From NCBI GenBank assembly GCA_963677435.1, contig OY781945.1:2592001-2656000 (forward strand): a stretch of DNA of 64,000 bases, in the 5' to 3' direction. Of the stretch, positions 1 through 9,190 are shown one piece after another. Numbering within the stretch: the first letter of the stretch is position 1; every line of letters begins with the position of its first letter. The stretch comes from an uncultured Aliarcobacter sp. (GTDB taxonomy: Bacteria; Campylobacterota; Campylobacteria; Campylobacterales; Arcobacteraceae). The notes under the pieces are model-generated. The model made no database searches. It was not told where the DNA came from and saw nothing but the letters and a program-made list of their open reading frames with translations. The position numbers were made by a program, and so were the translations under genes.

Positions 1-353
1 ATTAAAAAGTCATTTCTATTTTTTATATTTTCTTTTGAAAAAGCATAATAAAAATATTGATTATAAGCATTTAATTTTTTGCCATCTTTTAATAAATTTA
101 TATAATCTTGATTTATCATAATTTGATGTTCTAAACTACTTTGAATCTGTTTATTATAAGCAAATGGATTTCTTAAATTTAATTTATTTTTATACTCTAA
201 CAAAGATTTTAAAATCTCTTTTTTATACTCTTCTATTTGTGTTGCAGAATTTGTCTGAGCGATACTTTCTATTTTTTGAGTTGGCATAGTACATGATTGA
301 AATAGAGTTGATAAACAGATTAGAAAAATGATTTGAACTTTTTTGAATTTCAT
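1..353 (-). CDS. Putative lipoprotein, 3' end runs off the window (not in ORF track)
   Basis: Manual translation from ATG at 353: MKFKKVQIIFLICLSTLFQSCTMPTQKIESIAQ..., open to position 1; basic N-terminus, hydrophobic stretch, lipobox-like FQS-C. Confidence 0.7.
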   Translation of the reverse strand, partial: MKFKKVQIIFLICLSTLFQSCTMPTQKIESIAQTNSATQIEEYKKEILKSLLEYKNKLNLRNPFAYNKQIQSSLEHQIMINQDYINLLKDGKKLNAYNQYFYYAFSKENIKNRNDFL

Positions 354-491
354 AATTTACTTTATTAATTTTATTTTTATTACTTTGTTTTTTATTATAT
401 AAAAAAATATCCATTTTTCAAACAAAAAAATAGCTTATTTGATATTTTATTTTTAATACAATATAGTTCATAAATTAAAATAAGGGATAAT

Positions 492-914
492 ATGCCTATA
501 GAAATTAATCAAACTGTAAAAATAATGTTTGAAGTAAGAGTTGATGGAGTTTTAGTAGATGGAAGTAGAAGCAATAAACCTTTTGAATTCTCTTTTGGAA
601 CAGGACAAGTAATTGCAGGACTTGAAAAAAGAATTAAAGATATGAAAATGGGTGAAGCTGCTGATATTCTAGTCCCAGCTGCTGAAGCTTATGGAGAGTA
701 TAACCCAAGTGCAGTTGAGATACTTCCTATTGAGCAATTTACAGGAATAAAAGATTTAAAAGTTGGAATGCAAATCCAAGCTCAAGATGAAAATGACCAA
801 CCTCTTCAATTTATTGTAAAAGAGATAAAAGAAAAAGAAGTAACTATTGATTTTAATCATCCACTTGCTGGAAAAGATTTAGAGTATAAAATAAAAATAG
901 ATTCTCTTTTGTAA
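492..914 (+). CDS. slyD: FKBP-type peptidyl-prolyl cis-trans isomerase (SlyD/SlpA type, no His-rich tail)
   Basis: GTGQVIAGLE, AEAYGEY and IDFNHPLAGKDL motifs. Confidence 0.85.
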   Translation: MPIEINQTVKIMFEVRVDGVLVDGSRSNKPFEFSFGTGQVIAGLEKRIKDMKMGEAADILVPAAEAYGEYNPSAVEILPIEQFTGIKDLKVGMQIQAQDENDQPLQFIVKEIKEKEVTIDFNHPLAGKDLEYKIKIDSLL

Positions 915-918
915 AAGC

Positions 919-948
919 TTCACTAAATAGTCAGAACTATTTAGTGAA
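919..948. terminator. Hairpin between convergent genes, likely terminator
   Basis: TTCACTAAATAGT-caga-ACTATTTAGTGAA, 13-bp perfect stem. Confidence 0.7.
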
Positions 949-958
949 AATATTATCT

Positions 959-1435
959 TTAAATTTTATTCATTTGTATATTATTTAAAATAACTTCTAT
1001 TTTAGTGATTTTAAAATTATTATTGATTAATTTAATTTGACTATTAACATTTGATAAACCTACAACTTTTTGATTATTATAAATATATTTCTCTTGAACT
1101 CGTTCTGAAACATATGCTACTTCATCTTTTATATTGATTTTTCTATCTAAAATTTTATATACATAGTTTTGTGTAGAAGTAAAACCCTCTTTTGTTTTTG
1201 TTAAATATTCAGATTTAGTAAGTTTTGTTTCTTCATCTTTACCATTGTATTTAACGATTATTGTTATATCAACATTTTCATCTAAAAGTTCACCTAACTT
1301 ATCAACATTTTTGTTTTGAACTAATTTATCTGATTCATGTAAAAAACTTTTTACACTTTCTTGTGTTAATTCACTTGCTACTAAATTTGTTAGTAATGCA
1401 AATGTAAAGAATATACTTATAAGTATGTGTTTCAT
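959..1435 (-). CDS. Exported hypothetical protein, possibly NTF2/SnoaL-like fold
   Basis: Signal peptide; AGGA RBS; helix 'NKNVDKLGELLDENV' followed by beta-rich pattern. Confidence 0.6.
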   Translation of the reverse strand: MKHILISIFFTFALLTNLVASELTQESVKSFLHESDKLVQNKNVDKLGELLDENVDITIIVKYNGKDEETKLTKSEYLTKTKEGFTSTQNYVYKILDRKINIKDEVAYVSERVQEKYIYNNQKVVGLSNVNSQIKLINNNFKITKIEVILNNIQMNKI

Positions 1436-1551
1436 TTTCTTCCTTTATTTATATGGTTTTGCCGAATATTGTATATTGTATTAAATTAATCTTTTATTTG
1501 CATAAAATTGTTTTTTGGTTATTAATATTAGTGTTATTTAAATTGGTTTAT

Positions 1552-1710
1552 TTATCTCTCTTGAAAACTTAAAAGTTTCCGCTTTCTTACTTTTTAGTTG
1601 TAAAAAGTAAGGCAAAAAGCAACCAGACAAAGTTTGATTATCTCTCTTGAAAACTTAGAAGTTTTCGCTTTCTCTTACTTTTTGGTCTCAAAAAAGTAAG
1701 CAAAAAAGAC
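1552..1710 (+). repeat. Imperfect direct repeat, 86-bp period
   Basis: TTATCTCTCTTGAAAACTTARAAGTTTYCGCTTTC..TTACTTTTT starts at 1552 and again at 1638. Confidence 0.9.
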
Positions 1711-2180
1711 TGCCGAATTGATGAAGGCAAAGCTTCCTAAGATTTTAGTCTTTTTTTTCTGCGTTGCGGAACTCGTCGAAAAAGTGCATTTAGCACTTTT
1801 CTCTCCTCAAACAGTCCTCACTTTTCACCGAAATAAAAGCCTAAAATCTTAGCTTCATCAAAGGCAGAATAAATCCCGAGTGTTCAAACTATCTTTTTTA
1901 AATTGAGCCATAAGAAATTCAGAATAAAGAAAATAAAAAATGTAAATGTCCTTATCCCTATATTCCAACATCTACAGAAGCTGAACGTTTGTTTTCTCTT
2001 TTCGAAAAGGCTTGCAACTGTTTGAGTAAATAAATGTGCTAAATGCACATTTATTTACGAGTTTTCTCAAAGAGAGTGTAAACACAGGCAAGACAGAAAA
2101 GATAAAACAATAAGTGAAGGAACCCAAAGGGCTTCGAAGCCGTTGGTGGTTTTGCTTACTTTGTCCACACAAAGTAAAAA
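1552..2180. mobile_element. Non-coding bipartite structured element (MITE/REPIN-like or ncRNA), two inverted homologous arms
   Basis: Terminal TTACTTT..AAAGTAA hairpins at 1586, 1674 and 2156; shared inverted core AACTCG-[GTGCATTTAGCAC hairpin]-CTCAAACAGT at 1770-1815 (+) and 2017-2063 (-); long nested stems. Confidence 0.6.
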
Positions 2181-2212
2181 GATTATATTTTTAAGAGGAA
2201 ATAGTTTTAATA

Positions 2213-2842
2213 TTAATATGAAATATAATACCAATTCTTTTCAATAAATTTTATTTTTAATTTTGCATCATCATATCTTTTAGGGTCTCCACCATCAGCA
2301 ACATATAAAAACCCTGAATAATTATCTTTAAATCCAATAAAATTATAAAATAATATATAAGTCTTATTTTCAATTTTTTGAATTGTTATTCTATTCTCAG
2401 TCGTAATATTTGGATATTCATTTGAAATGTTTACTGAACATATATTTCTATTATCAGACCTATCTACACAAATTCCATCTACTGGAAATTCTTTGTTATT
2501 TAAAATTTCAGTTACTATTTTATTATATATCTCTTTATTTTTTGAAAATTTTAAATTTTGTTTAAACTCACCAATTGTAATAAAAACCATAATTAAAATA
2601 GTAACTGCATTAATACATATAGGAATAAAACTTTTCCATCCAATCTTTTTAAACTTTAATAAACAAGTTAAACTAGCTATTAATACAATTAAATACAATA
2701 CAATTATTATTAAAAATAAAAACCCTAATAAAACAGAATCACCTAAATTAGGAGAATCTGTTGGTTCAAAAATAAATATAAATAAAATTAACAAAGAAAA
2801 AATTATAGAAAATCTGAATCTCCACTTTATTTCATCAAACAT
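2213..2842 (-). CDS. Hypothetical membrane protein (about 3 N-terminal TM helices plus soluble domain)
   Basis: Hydrophobic segments; AGGA RBS; C-terminal 'YSGFLY..WYY' pattern. Confidence 0.65.
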   Translation of the reverse strand: MFDEIKWRFRFSIIFSLLILFIFIFEPTDSPNLGDSVLLGFLFLIIIVLYLIVLIASLTCLLKFKKIGWKSFIPICINAVTILIMVFITIGEFKQNLKFSKNKEIYNKIVTEILNNKEFPVDGICVDRSDNRNICSVNISNEYPNITTENRITIQKIENKTYILFYNFIGFKDNYSGFLYVADGGDPKRYDDAKLKIKFIEKNWYYISY

Positions 2843-2860
2843 AAAATTCCTTAAAAAAAT

Positions 2861-2890
2861 AAAGCCCCATCAAAACTTGACGGGGCTTTT
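2861..2890 (-). terminator. Intrinsic terminator of valS
   Basis: Minus strand GCCCCGTCAA-gtt-TTGATGGGGC followed by a T-rich tract. Confidence 0.85.
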
Positions 2891-2915
2891 CAAAAAACTA
2901 CTTAAAAATCTATTC

Positions 2916-5579
2916 TTAACTCAAAGACTTCAATTCAGCTACAACCTTAGCCAATTTATCTTCAGCCGATGCCAAACCAGCTCTATTCTCTTCTAAAACA
3001 TTTGCTGGTGCATTTGCTACAAATCTTTCATTATTTAGCATTCCAGATAATTTTGCTATCTCTTTTTCTAATTTCTCTTGTTGTTTTGTAAGTTTGTTTA
3101 TAATTGGTGTCATATCAATTTCACCTCTTGGGATATAAACTTCTAAGTTATCACTTACATCTGTGATTGAATTCTCTACTTTTGCAGTTACGAACTCTAA
3201 GTTTTCTACTTTTGCAAGTTTTTCGATAAATGGTTTTGCCATTTCATTATCTATATTTTTATTGATTTTTATATATGCTTTTGCAATTTTTGAGTTACCC
3301 ATATCAATAATAACTTTTGCTCTTCTAATTGCTGTAATTGCCTCTTCGATGATTGCAAACATATCTTCGATTTCTTGATTTTTTGCAATTTCTTTTGGGA
3401 AATTCATAATCATTAATGAATCACCATCTTCAAGTGTTGTTCCACTTAATTTGTGATATAAATAATCAGAAATAAATGGCATAAATGGACTTACCATTTT
3501 TAAAGTCTCTTTGAAAATTGCTCCAAGTTCGATTACTGAATCTTTACTAGCTTTTGCATATTCAATTCCCCAGTCGCAGAATTCATTCCATACGAATTTG
3601 TATAAAATAGATGCTGATTCGTTGAATTTATAAGTTTCAAGTGCATTTCTAAGTTCGTCAACTGCATCACTTAATTTACTTTGCATATAAAGACCAAGTG
3701 GTGTTTTGATTTCAATATCTTTTAAATCAGGGAATGTTTCTACATTTAACTGTAAGAAATTTGTTGCATTATAAAGCTTATTTGTGAAGTTTCTAAATTG
3801 CTCTAAATTTTTAGCTCCAAGCTTAATATCTCTTCCTTGAACACATAAATATGCTAAAGTAAATCTAATAATATCAGCAGAATGCTCATTTACCATATCA
3901 AGTGGATCAATAACATTTCCTTTTGATTTTGACATTTTTGCACCATGTTCATCTCTAACTAATGCGTGCATATAAATATCTTCAAATGGTAATTGTTTTT
4001 TGAAATGTTCACCCATCATCATCATTCTAGCTACCCAGAAGAACATAATATCAAATCCAGTAATTAATAAAGAGTTTGGATAAAAATCTGCTTCATCTGT
4101 GTCATTATAAAGTTCTTTTAATTTTCCATTATTTCCCCAACCTAATGGTGACATTGCCCATAGTGCTGAAGAGAACCAAGTATCAAGTACATCTGGGTCT
4201 TGAGTATAGTGTTTCCCTCCACATTTTGGACATTTCTCTGGTTCATCAGCTTTATCAGCCCATTGATGGTCACAATCGTCACAAGTAAATACAGGAATTC
4301 TATGTCCCCACCAAAGTTGTCTTGAAATACACCAAGGTCTTAACTCATCCATCCATGCTGTATATGAATTTATCCAATGTGCTGGGTGGAAAAGTGTTCC
4401 ATTATGCTCACCACTTACAGCTCTCTCTTTTGTAGTCTCTTTAGTTTTTCTAATAGACTCTTGAGCCATATCAGAGCTTAAAAACCATTGCTGAGAAATA
4501 AATGGCTCAACAATATTTTTACATCTATAACAATGCCCTACTTGGTGAACGTGCTCTTCAATTTTTACGATATATCCAGCTTCTTCTAAAGCTTTTACGA
4601 TAACAGGTCTAGCTTCTAGTCTTTCAAGTCCAGCAAACTCTCCACAATATTCGTTTAAAATACCTTTTTCATCAAATACTTTGATAAATTCTAAATCGTG
4701 TCTTTTCCCAACCTCGTAGTCATTTTGGTCGTGAGCAGGAGTAACTTTTACAACACCTGTTCCAAATTCCATATCTACGTGTGAATCTGTAATAACTTTG
4801 ATAGTTCTATCAGTTAGTGGCAATAATACTTCTTTTCCAACGATTGATTTATATCTCTCATCATCAGGATGAACCATGATAGCTGTATCCCCAAAGTATG
4901 TTTCAGGTCTTGTAGTTGCTACTTGAAGTTCGCCACTACCATCTGCAAATTTGTAAATCATGTGGTAAAACTTACCGTTTACTTCTTCATGTTCAACTTC
5001 GATGTCTGAAAGAGCACCATCGTGTGTACACCAGTTTACCATATAGTTATTTTGAGTGATATGACCTTCGTTGTATAAAGAGATAAAAGCTTCTTTTACA
5101 GCCTCTTTTAATCCCTCATCCATTGTAAATCTTTCTCTTTTCCAAGCAGGTGTAACACCTAATTTTCTCATTTGGTGAACTATATTTCCACCTGAAGTTT
5201 CTTTTTGAAGCCAAGCTCTTTCTAGGAATTTTTCTCTTCCGATTTCTTCTTTTGTTGTACCTTCTGCAAGTAATTGTTTTTCAACAACATTTTGTGTTGC
5301 AATTCCTGCATGGTCAGTTCCTGGTTGCCAAAGAGTTTTAAACCCATCCATTCTTTTATATCTTGTAATAATATCTTGTAATGTAAATGTTAGGGCATGA
5401 CCAATATGTAAACTTCCTGTTACATTTGGAGGTGGCATCATGATTGAGAATGTTTTTTGTTTTCCATTAGCATCATGTTCTTGAATAGATTTATTTCCAT
5501 CAATCTCAAAATATCCTCTATCTTCCCAAATTTTATAAAAACTATCTTCTACTTTTGACGGTTCGTATTTTTCGCTCAT
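2916..5579 (-). CDS. valS: Valine--tRNA ligase
   Basis: PPPNVTGSLHIGH, KMSKS, C-terminal coiled coil. Confidence 0.98.
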   Translation of the reverse strand: MSEKYEPSKVEDSFYKIWEDRGYFEIDGNKSIQEHDANGKQKTFSIMMPPPNVTGSLHIGHALTFTLQDIITRYKRMDGFKTLWQPGTDHAGIATQNVVEKQLLAEGTTKEEIGREKFLERAWLQKETSGGNIVHQMRKLGVTPAWKRERFTMDEGLKEAVKEAFISLYNEGHITQNNYMVNWCTHDGALSDIEVEHEEVNGKFYHMIYKFADGSGELQVATTRPETYFGDTAIMVHPDDERYKSIVGKEVLLPLTDRTIKVITDSHVDMEFGTGVVKVTPAHDQNDYEVGKRHDLEFIKVFDEKGILNEYCGEFAGLERLEARPVIVKALEEAGYIVKIEEHVHQVGHCYRCKNIVEPFISQQWFLSSDMAQESIRKTKETTKERAVSGEHNGTLFHPAHWINSYTAWMDELRPWCISRQLWWGHRIPVFTCDDCDHQWADKADEPEKCPKCGGKHYTQDPDVLDTWFSSALWAMSPLGWGNNGKLKELYNDTDEADFYPNSLLITGFDIMFFWVARMMMMGEHFKKQLPFEDIYMHALVRDEHGAKMSKSKGNVIDPLDMVNEHSADIIRFTLAYLCVQGRDIKLGAKNLEQFRNFTNKLYNATNFLQLNVETFPDLKDIEIKTPLGLYMQSKLSDAVDELRNALETYKFNESASILYKFVWNEFCDWGIEYAKASKDSVIELGAIFKETLKMVSPFMPFISDYLYHKLSGTTLEDGDSLMIMNFPKEIAKNQEIEDMFAIIEEAITAIRRAKVIIDMGNSKIAKAYIKINKNIDNEMAKPFIEKLAKVENLEFVTAKVENSITDVSDNLEVYIPRGEIDMTPIINKLTKQQEKLEKEIAKLSGMLNNERFVANAPANVLEENRAGLASAEDKLAKVVAELKSLS

Positions 5580-5747
5580 TAAAAATCCTATCTTTTTCTA
5601 TAAATATACGCGATTATATCTACTTTTTTCTTATGATGTTATTTTACTAATATTTTAAGAAAACTCTATTTTAAAAAAGTATTATTAAATTTTCTAATAG
5701 ATGTGCTATAATTTTTTGTACTAAATTTTAATATTAAGGAGAGAAAA

Positions 5748-6422
5748 ATGTTAAAAATAATTATAGGAAGTTTTGTGTTAAGTGCTTCACTTTTTGCAGT
5801 TGATTTACAAAGTGACGGTGTTGAAGTAAATTATAAAAACTCAAAAGATGAAGTAAAAACTATCATTATAAAAAGAGAAAAAAAAGATGAGTGTAAAAGT
5901 GTAAACTTTGACCCAAAAACTGTTTATGGTGGGAATGGTCAAGCTGCTGATTCAGTTGATGCAAACTGCAAAAGAGCTTTTGTTACATATATGGGGAAAA
6001 TTTCTCCAATGAAATTTTCAGAAAAAGTTGAAACTTATGGAGAAGTTGAAGTTTTAGATTTTATTGCAAAAGCTAAAACAAATAAAAACATGATGTTAGT
6101 AGATTCAAGAACTGAAAATTGGTTTTATCATGGAACAATTCCAAGTGCTGTAAATGTTCCATATATCTATATGAAACAATCTCAATATCCTGATGAATTC
6201 AAAGAGTATTTAGAAATTTTAGGGGTAAAAATCACTGGTGATAAATATGATTTTACAAATGCAAAAGAGATCTTATTATTTTGTAATGGTGCATGGTGTG
6301 GACAATCTCCTGAATCTATGAAAGCATTAATTGCAATTGGTTATCCAGAAGAAAAACTAAAATGGTACAGAGGCGGAATGCAGTCTTGGCTAAGTTTAGG
6401 ACTTACAACTGTAAAACCATAA
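5748..6422 (+). CDS. Periplasmic rhodanese-domain sulfurtransferase
   Basis: Signal peptide; VDSR, GTIPSAVNVP, FCNGAWCGQS, WYRGGMQSW. Confidence 0.85.
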   Translation: MLKIIIGSFVLSASLFAVDLQSDGVEVNYKNSKDEVKTIIIKREKKDECKSVNFDPKTVYGGNGQAADSVDANCKRAFVTYMGKISPMKFSEKVETYGEVEVLDFIAKAKTNKNMMLVDSRTENWFYHGTIPSAVNVPYIYMKQSQYPDEFKEYLEILGVKITGDKYDFTNAKEILLFCNGAWCGQSPESMKALIAIGYPEEKLKWYRGGMQSWLSLGLTTVKP

Positions 6423-6448
6423 AAAAAGAGAGTTTTAAAACTCTCTTT

Positions 6449-7486
6449 TTAAACAAATTCTTTAAAAAATCTATCAAAATCTTCCACAAGTGACATATCA
6501 AGTTTTCCCTCTTTTACCTCTTCTTTCATAATTTCGATAGCTTTTTGATGACTAAAAGCCGTTCTATAAATTCTTGGTTCTTTTAAAGCATTATAAACAT
6601 TTAAAGTGTTCATCAATCTATCTTTTAAACTTAAATCTTTTGCACTTAAGCCTAAAGGATAACCTTTTGCATCAACTCTTTCTTGAATTTTTGAAGCCCA
6701 AACTGCAATGTCATTAAATCCCATGATATTGTTTAAAATCTTTTTTGAATAGTATGGATAGGCTTTTATGATTTCATATTCATTTGAAGTTAGTGGCTCT
6801 TTTTTATTTTGAATTATTGAGGGAATTGTTAGTTTTCCAATATTTTGTAAAGAGTTAGCGATTAAAAAAGTTTGTTTATCTTTGTGTTCAAAAGCATACT
6901 CTTTTGTGATTTTTTCACATAAAATCAAAAGATTTGAGTTTGGATTTATGATTTTATGAAAAACTGTTGTAATTTTTAAAATCTCTTCAAAATCTAAAAT
7001 AGTTGTAAAATCATGCAAAGAAGCATAAATAAACATCAAAATATCATTTTCATTTAATAAATCTAAGAAAAAACCCACTTGCGAAGAAATATCTAAAAGT
7101 TCACTTTTATTCTGCTTTATATACTCTTTTGCTTTTATTCTATTTTCAATATTATCAATTCCTAAAGAGAACTCTTTATCCAAAAAACTTGCAAATGAGA
7201 TAATTTCTAAAAACAAAGGATTATTCAAAGTTTCATTTTTTTCTAAAAAAGGCAGTTTTTCTAAATCATCTTTTTTAAAATCATAACACAAAGAATAGGA
7301 GCATAAATCAGCTAGTTGTTTTGGTTCAAGATTGTGTTTTATTCCTAAATGTAAAGCTATAAAAGCCACTCTTTTATAGTGTCCTAAAGTTGTGTTTTCT
7401 AAATCTTTTTTTCTAAAATCAAAGGCTAAACTTGTCGCTAATAAAAAATTATTTAGATTAAAAGGCATCTGTTTTTTCTTATCCAT
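6449..7486 (-). CDS. HD-GYP-like protein with degenerate metal ligands
   Basis: GYP motif present; HD replaced by QN (LQNIGK) and HHE by IQE. Confidence 0.75.
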   Translation of the reverse strand: MDKKKQMPFNLNNFLLATSLAFDFRKKDLENTTLGHYKRVAFIALHLGIKHNLEPKQLADLCSYSLCYDFKKDDLEKLPFLEKNETLNNPLFLEIISFASFLDKEFSLGIDNIENRIKAKEYIKQNKSELLDISSQVGFFLDLLNENDILMFIYASLHDFTTILDFEEILKITTVFHKIINPNSNLLILCEKITKEYAFEHKDKQTFLIANSLQNIGKLTIPSIIQNKKEPLTSNEYEIIKAYPYYSKKILNNIMGFNDIAVWASKIQERVDAKGYPLGLSAKDLSLKDRLMNTLNVYNALKEPRIYRTAFSHQKAIEIMKEEVKEGKLDMSLVEDFDRFFKEFV

Positions 7487-7577
7487 TTTTTAAATCCTGT
7501 TTGTCAAATTAAAACTATTACTTATATAAAAGTGATATTACAATATAATTTTTAATTATAAATTAAAAAGGTTAACT

Positions 7578-8498
7578 ATGATAAAAAAAGTTTTATTTTC
7601 ACTAATATTTTCATCGATTTATGTTTTTGCATTTGACTACAATTTAAAACCAGTAAAGGTTACAAAAGATGTTTGGTGTTTTTTAGGAAAACTTGAAGCT
7701 CCATCAAAAGAAAATGGTGGATTTATGTCAAATAGTTGTTATATAAAAGCAGATAAAAGTTATGTTTTAATTGATACAGGAGCTAGTTTTCAGTTTGCAA
7801 AACAAGCCTATGAAGCCATGTCAAAAATAGAGAAACTTCCCGTTAAATTAGTAATAAATACCCATAGTCATGATGACCACTGGCTTGGAAATAATTTTTA
7901 CAAAGAGACTTTTAATGCTAAAATTTTAGGGCCATCACTTATTAATACTCAATATTCAGCTGATTCGAAAACAAGAATGTTTGAAGTAATAAAAGCTGAT
8001 GCAATAAAAGGAACGAAAATTATAAAAATTGATGAGATTGTAAATGAAGTTAAAAATATAAAAATAGGTGATAAAGAAATCACAATTATTCCTGTTGGAA
8101 CAAAAGCTCATACTTCAGAAGATTTATTTGTTTTTATGCCAAATGAAAAAGTTCTTTTTTCAGGTGATTTAGTAATGAATGGAAGAGTTACCTCAAATAG
8201 AGATGGTTCAGTTATTGGCTCAATCAAAGCTCTTGATATGATAAAAGAAAAAGAGTGGAACTATTTAGTTGCTGGTCATGGATTAGATACTTCAAAAACT
8301 GCAATAAATGAAGCTGTTGAGTATTTTACTTTATTAAAACAAAGGGTTTTAGAAGCTATTGAAAATGAAATAAGTGGAAGTGAAATTACAAAAGTTGTAA
8401 CTATGGACGAATTTAAAAATAAAGCTATGTATCAAGAGTTAAATAGTAAAAATGTATTTGATGCCTTTAGAGAATTGGAATTTTACGAAGGAAATTAA
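7578..8498 (+). CDS. soxH: Periplasmic MBL-fold metallohydrolase, SoxH-like
   Basis: THSHDDHWLGN (HxHxDH), FSGD, AGHG; signal peptide; near sox cluster. Confidence 0.7.
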   Translation: MIKKVLFSLIFSSIYVFAFDYNLKPVKVTKDVWCFLGKLEAPSKENGGFMSNSCYIKADKSYVLIDTGASFQFAKQAYEAMSKIEKLPVKLVINTHSHDDHWLGNNFYKETFNAKILGPSLINTQYSADSKTRMFEVIKADAIKGTKIIKIDEIVNEVKNIKIGDKEITIIPVGTKAHTSEDLFVFMPNEKVLFSGDLVMNGRVTSNRDGSVIGSIKALDMIKEKEWNYLVAGHGLDTSKTAINEAVEYFTLLKQRVLEAIENEISGSEITKVVTMDEFKNKAMYQELNSKNVFDAFRELEFYEGN

Positions 8499-8510
8499 AT
8501 ATATCTTTTA

Positions 8511-8537
8511 TTTAAGTTTCACTATGTGAAACTTAAA
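8511..8537. promoter_or_regulatory. Perfect palindrome, candidate IclR operator
   Basis: TTTAAGTTTCAC-tat-GTGAAACTTAAA upstream of the pfpI-iclR pair. Confidence 0.55.
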
Positions 8538-8616
8538 AAAATTAGATTTTAAATAAATTTTGTTTTAATCATTGTTCCAATAGAATTAAACTAATTTATA
8601 AAATTAAGGAGAATTT

Positions 8617-9186
8617 ATGTCAAAAAGAATTTTAATATTAGCTGGTGATTTTGTAGAAGATTATGAACTTATGGTTCCTTTTCAATGTCTAAAAATGTTA
8701 GGTTACACTGTTGATGTTGTTTGTCCAGATAAAAAAGCAGGGGAACAAATTAAAACTGCAATTCATGATTTTGAGGGTGACCAAACTTATACAGAAAAAC
8801 CAGGTCATAACTTCGCTTTAAATGCTTCTTTTGCTGATGTTGATGAATCAACTTATGATGCTTTAGTGATTCCTGGTGGGCGTGCTCCTGAGTATATTAG
8901 ATTAAACGCAAGAGTAATTGAAATTGTTCAAAACTTCAATAGTGCAAATAAACCAATTGCTTCTGTTTGTCATGGTATTTTAGTTTTAGCAGCTGCTGGA
9001 ATTATAAAAAACAAAACTTGTTCTTGTTATCCAGCTTGTGCTCCTGATGTTGGACTTAGTGGTGGAACATGGGCAGATATTGGTTTTGAAAGTGCAATAG
9101 TTGATGGAAATTTAGTAACAGCTGCTGCTTGGCCTGCTCATCCTGAGTGGTTAGCTAAATTCAATGAGTTATTATTAACAAAATAA
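8617..9186 (+). CDS. DJ-1/PfpI family protein (glyoxalase III/deglycase-like)
   Basis: GDFVEDYE, IPGGRAPEY, SVCHG nucleophile elbow. Confidence 0.92.
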   Translation: MSKRILILAGDFVEDYELMVPFQCLKMLGYTVDVVCPDKKAGEQIKTAIHDFEGDQTYTEKPGHNFALNASFADVDESTYDALVIPGGRAPEYIRLNARVIEIVQNFNSANKPIASVCHGILVLAAAGIIKNKTCSCYPACAPDVGLSGGTWADIGFESAIVDGNLVTAAAWPAHPEWLAKFNELLLTK

Positions 9187-9190
9187 TCTC

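Noticed and set aside
223..414. 63-aa ORF in the track
   Set aside because: Overlaps out of frame a better lipoprotein-like ORF (353 to edge); low-complexity N/K sequence
1972..2172. 66-aa ORF inside the structured element
   Set aside because: Starts inside the terminal hairpin; sequence is explained by palindromes; no recognisable protein features
1552..2180. CRISPR array or integron attC interpretation
   Set aside because: Only two direct repeats with no regular spacers and no cas genes; no clear RYYYAAC/GTTRRRY boundaries and no integrase in the window
2427..2996. 189-aa plus-strand ORF
   Set aside because: Antisense shadow of the 2213..2842 gene, crossing the valS terminator and 3' end
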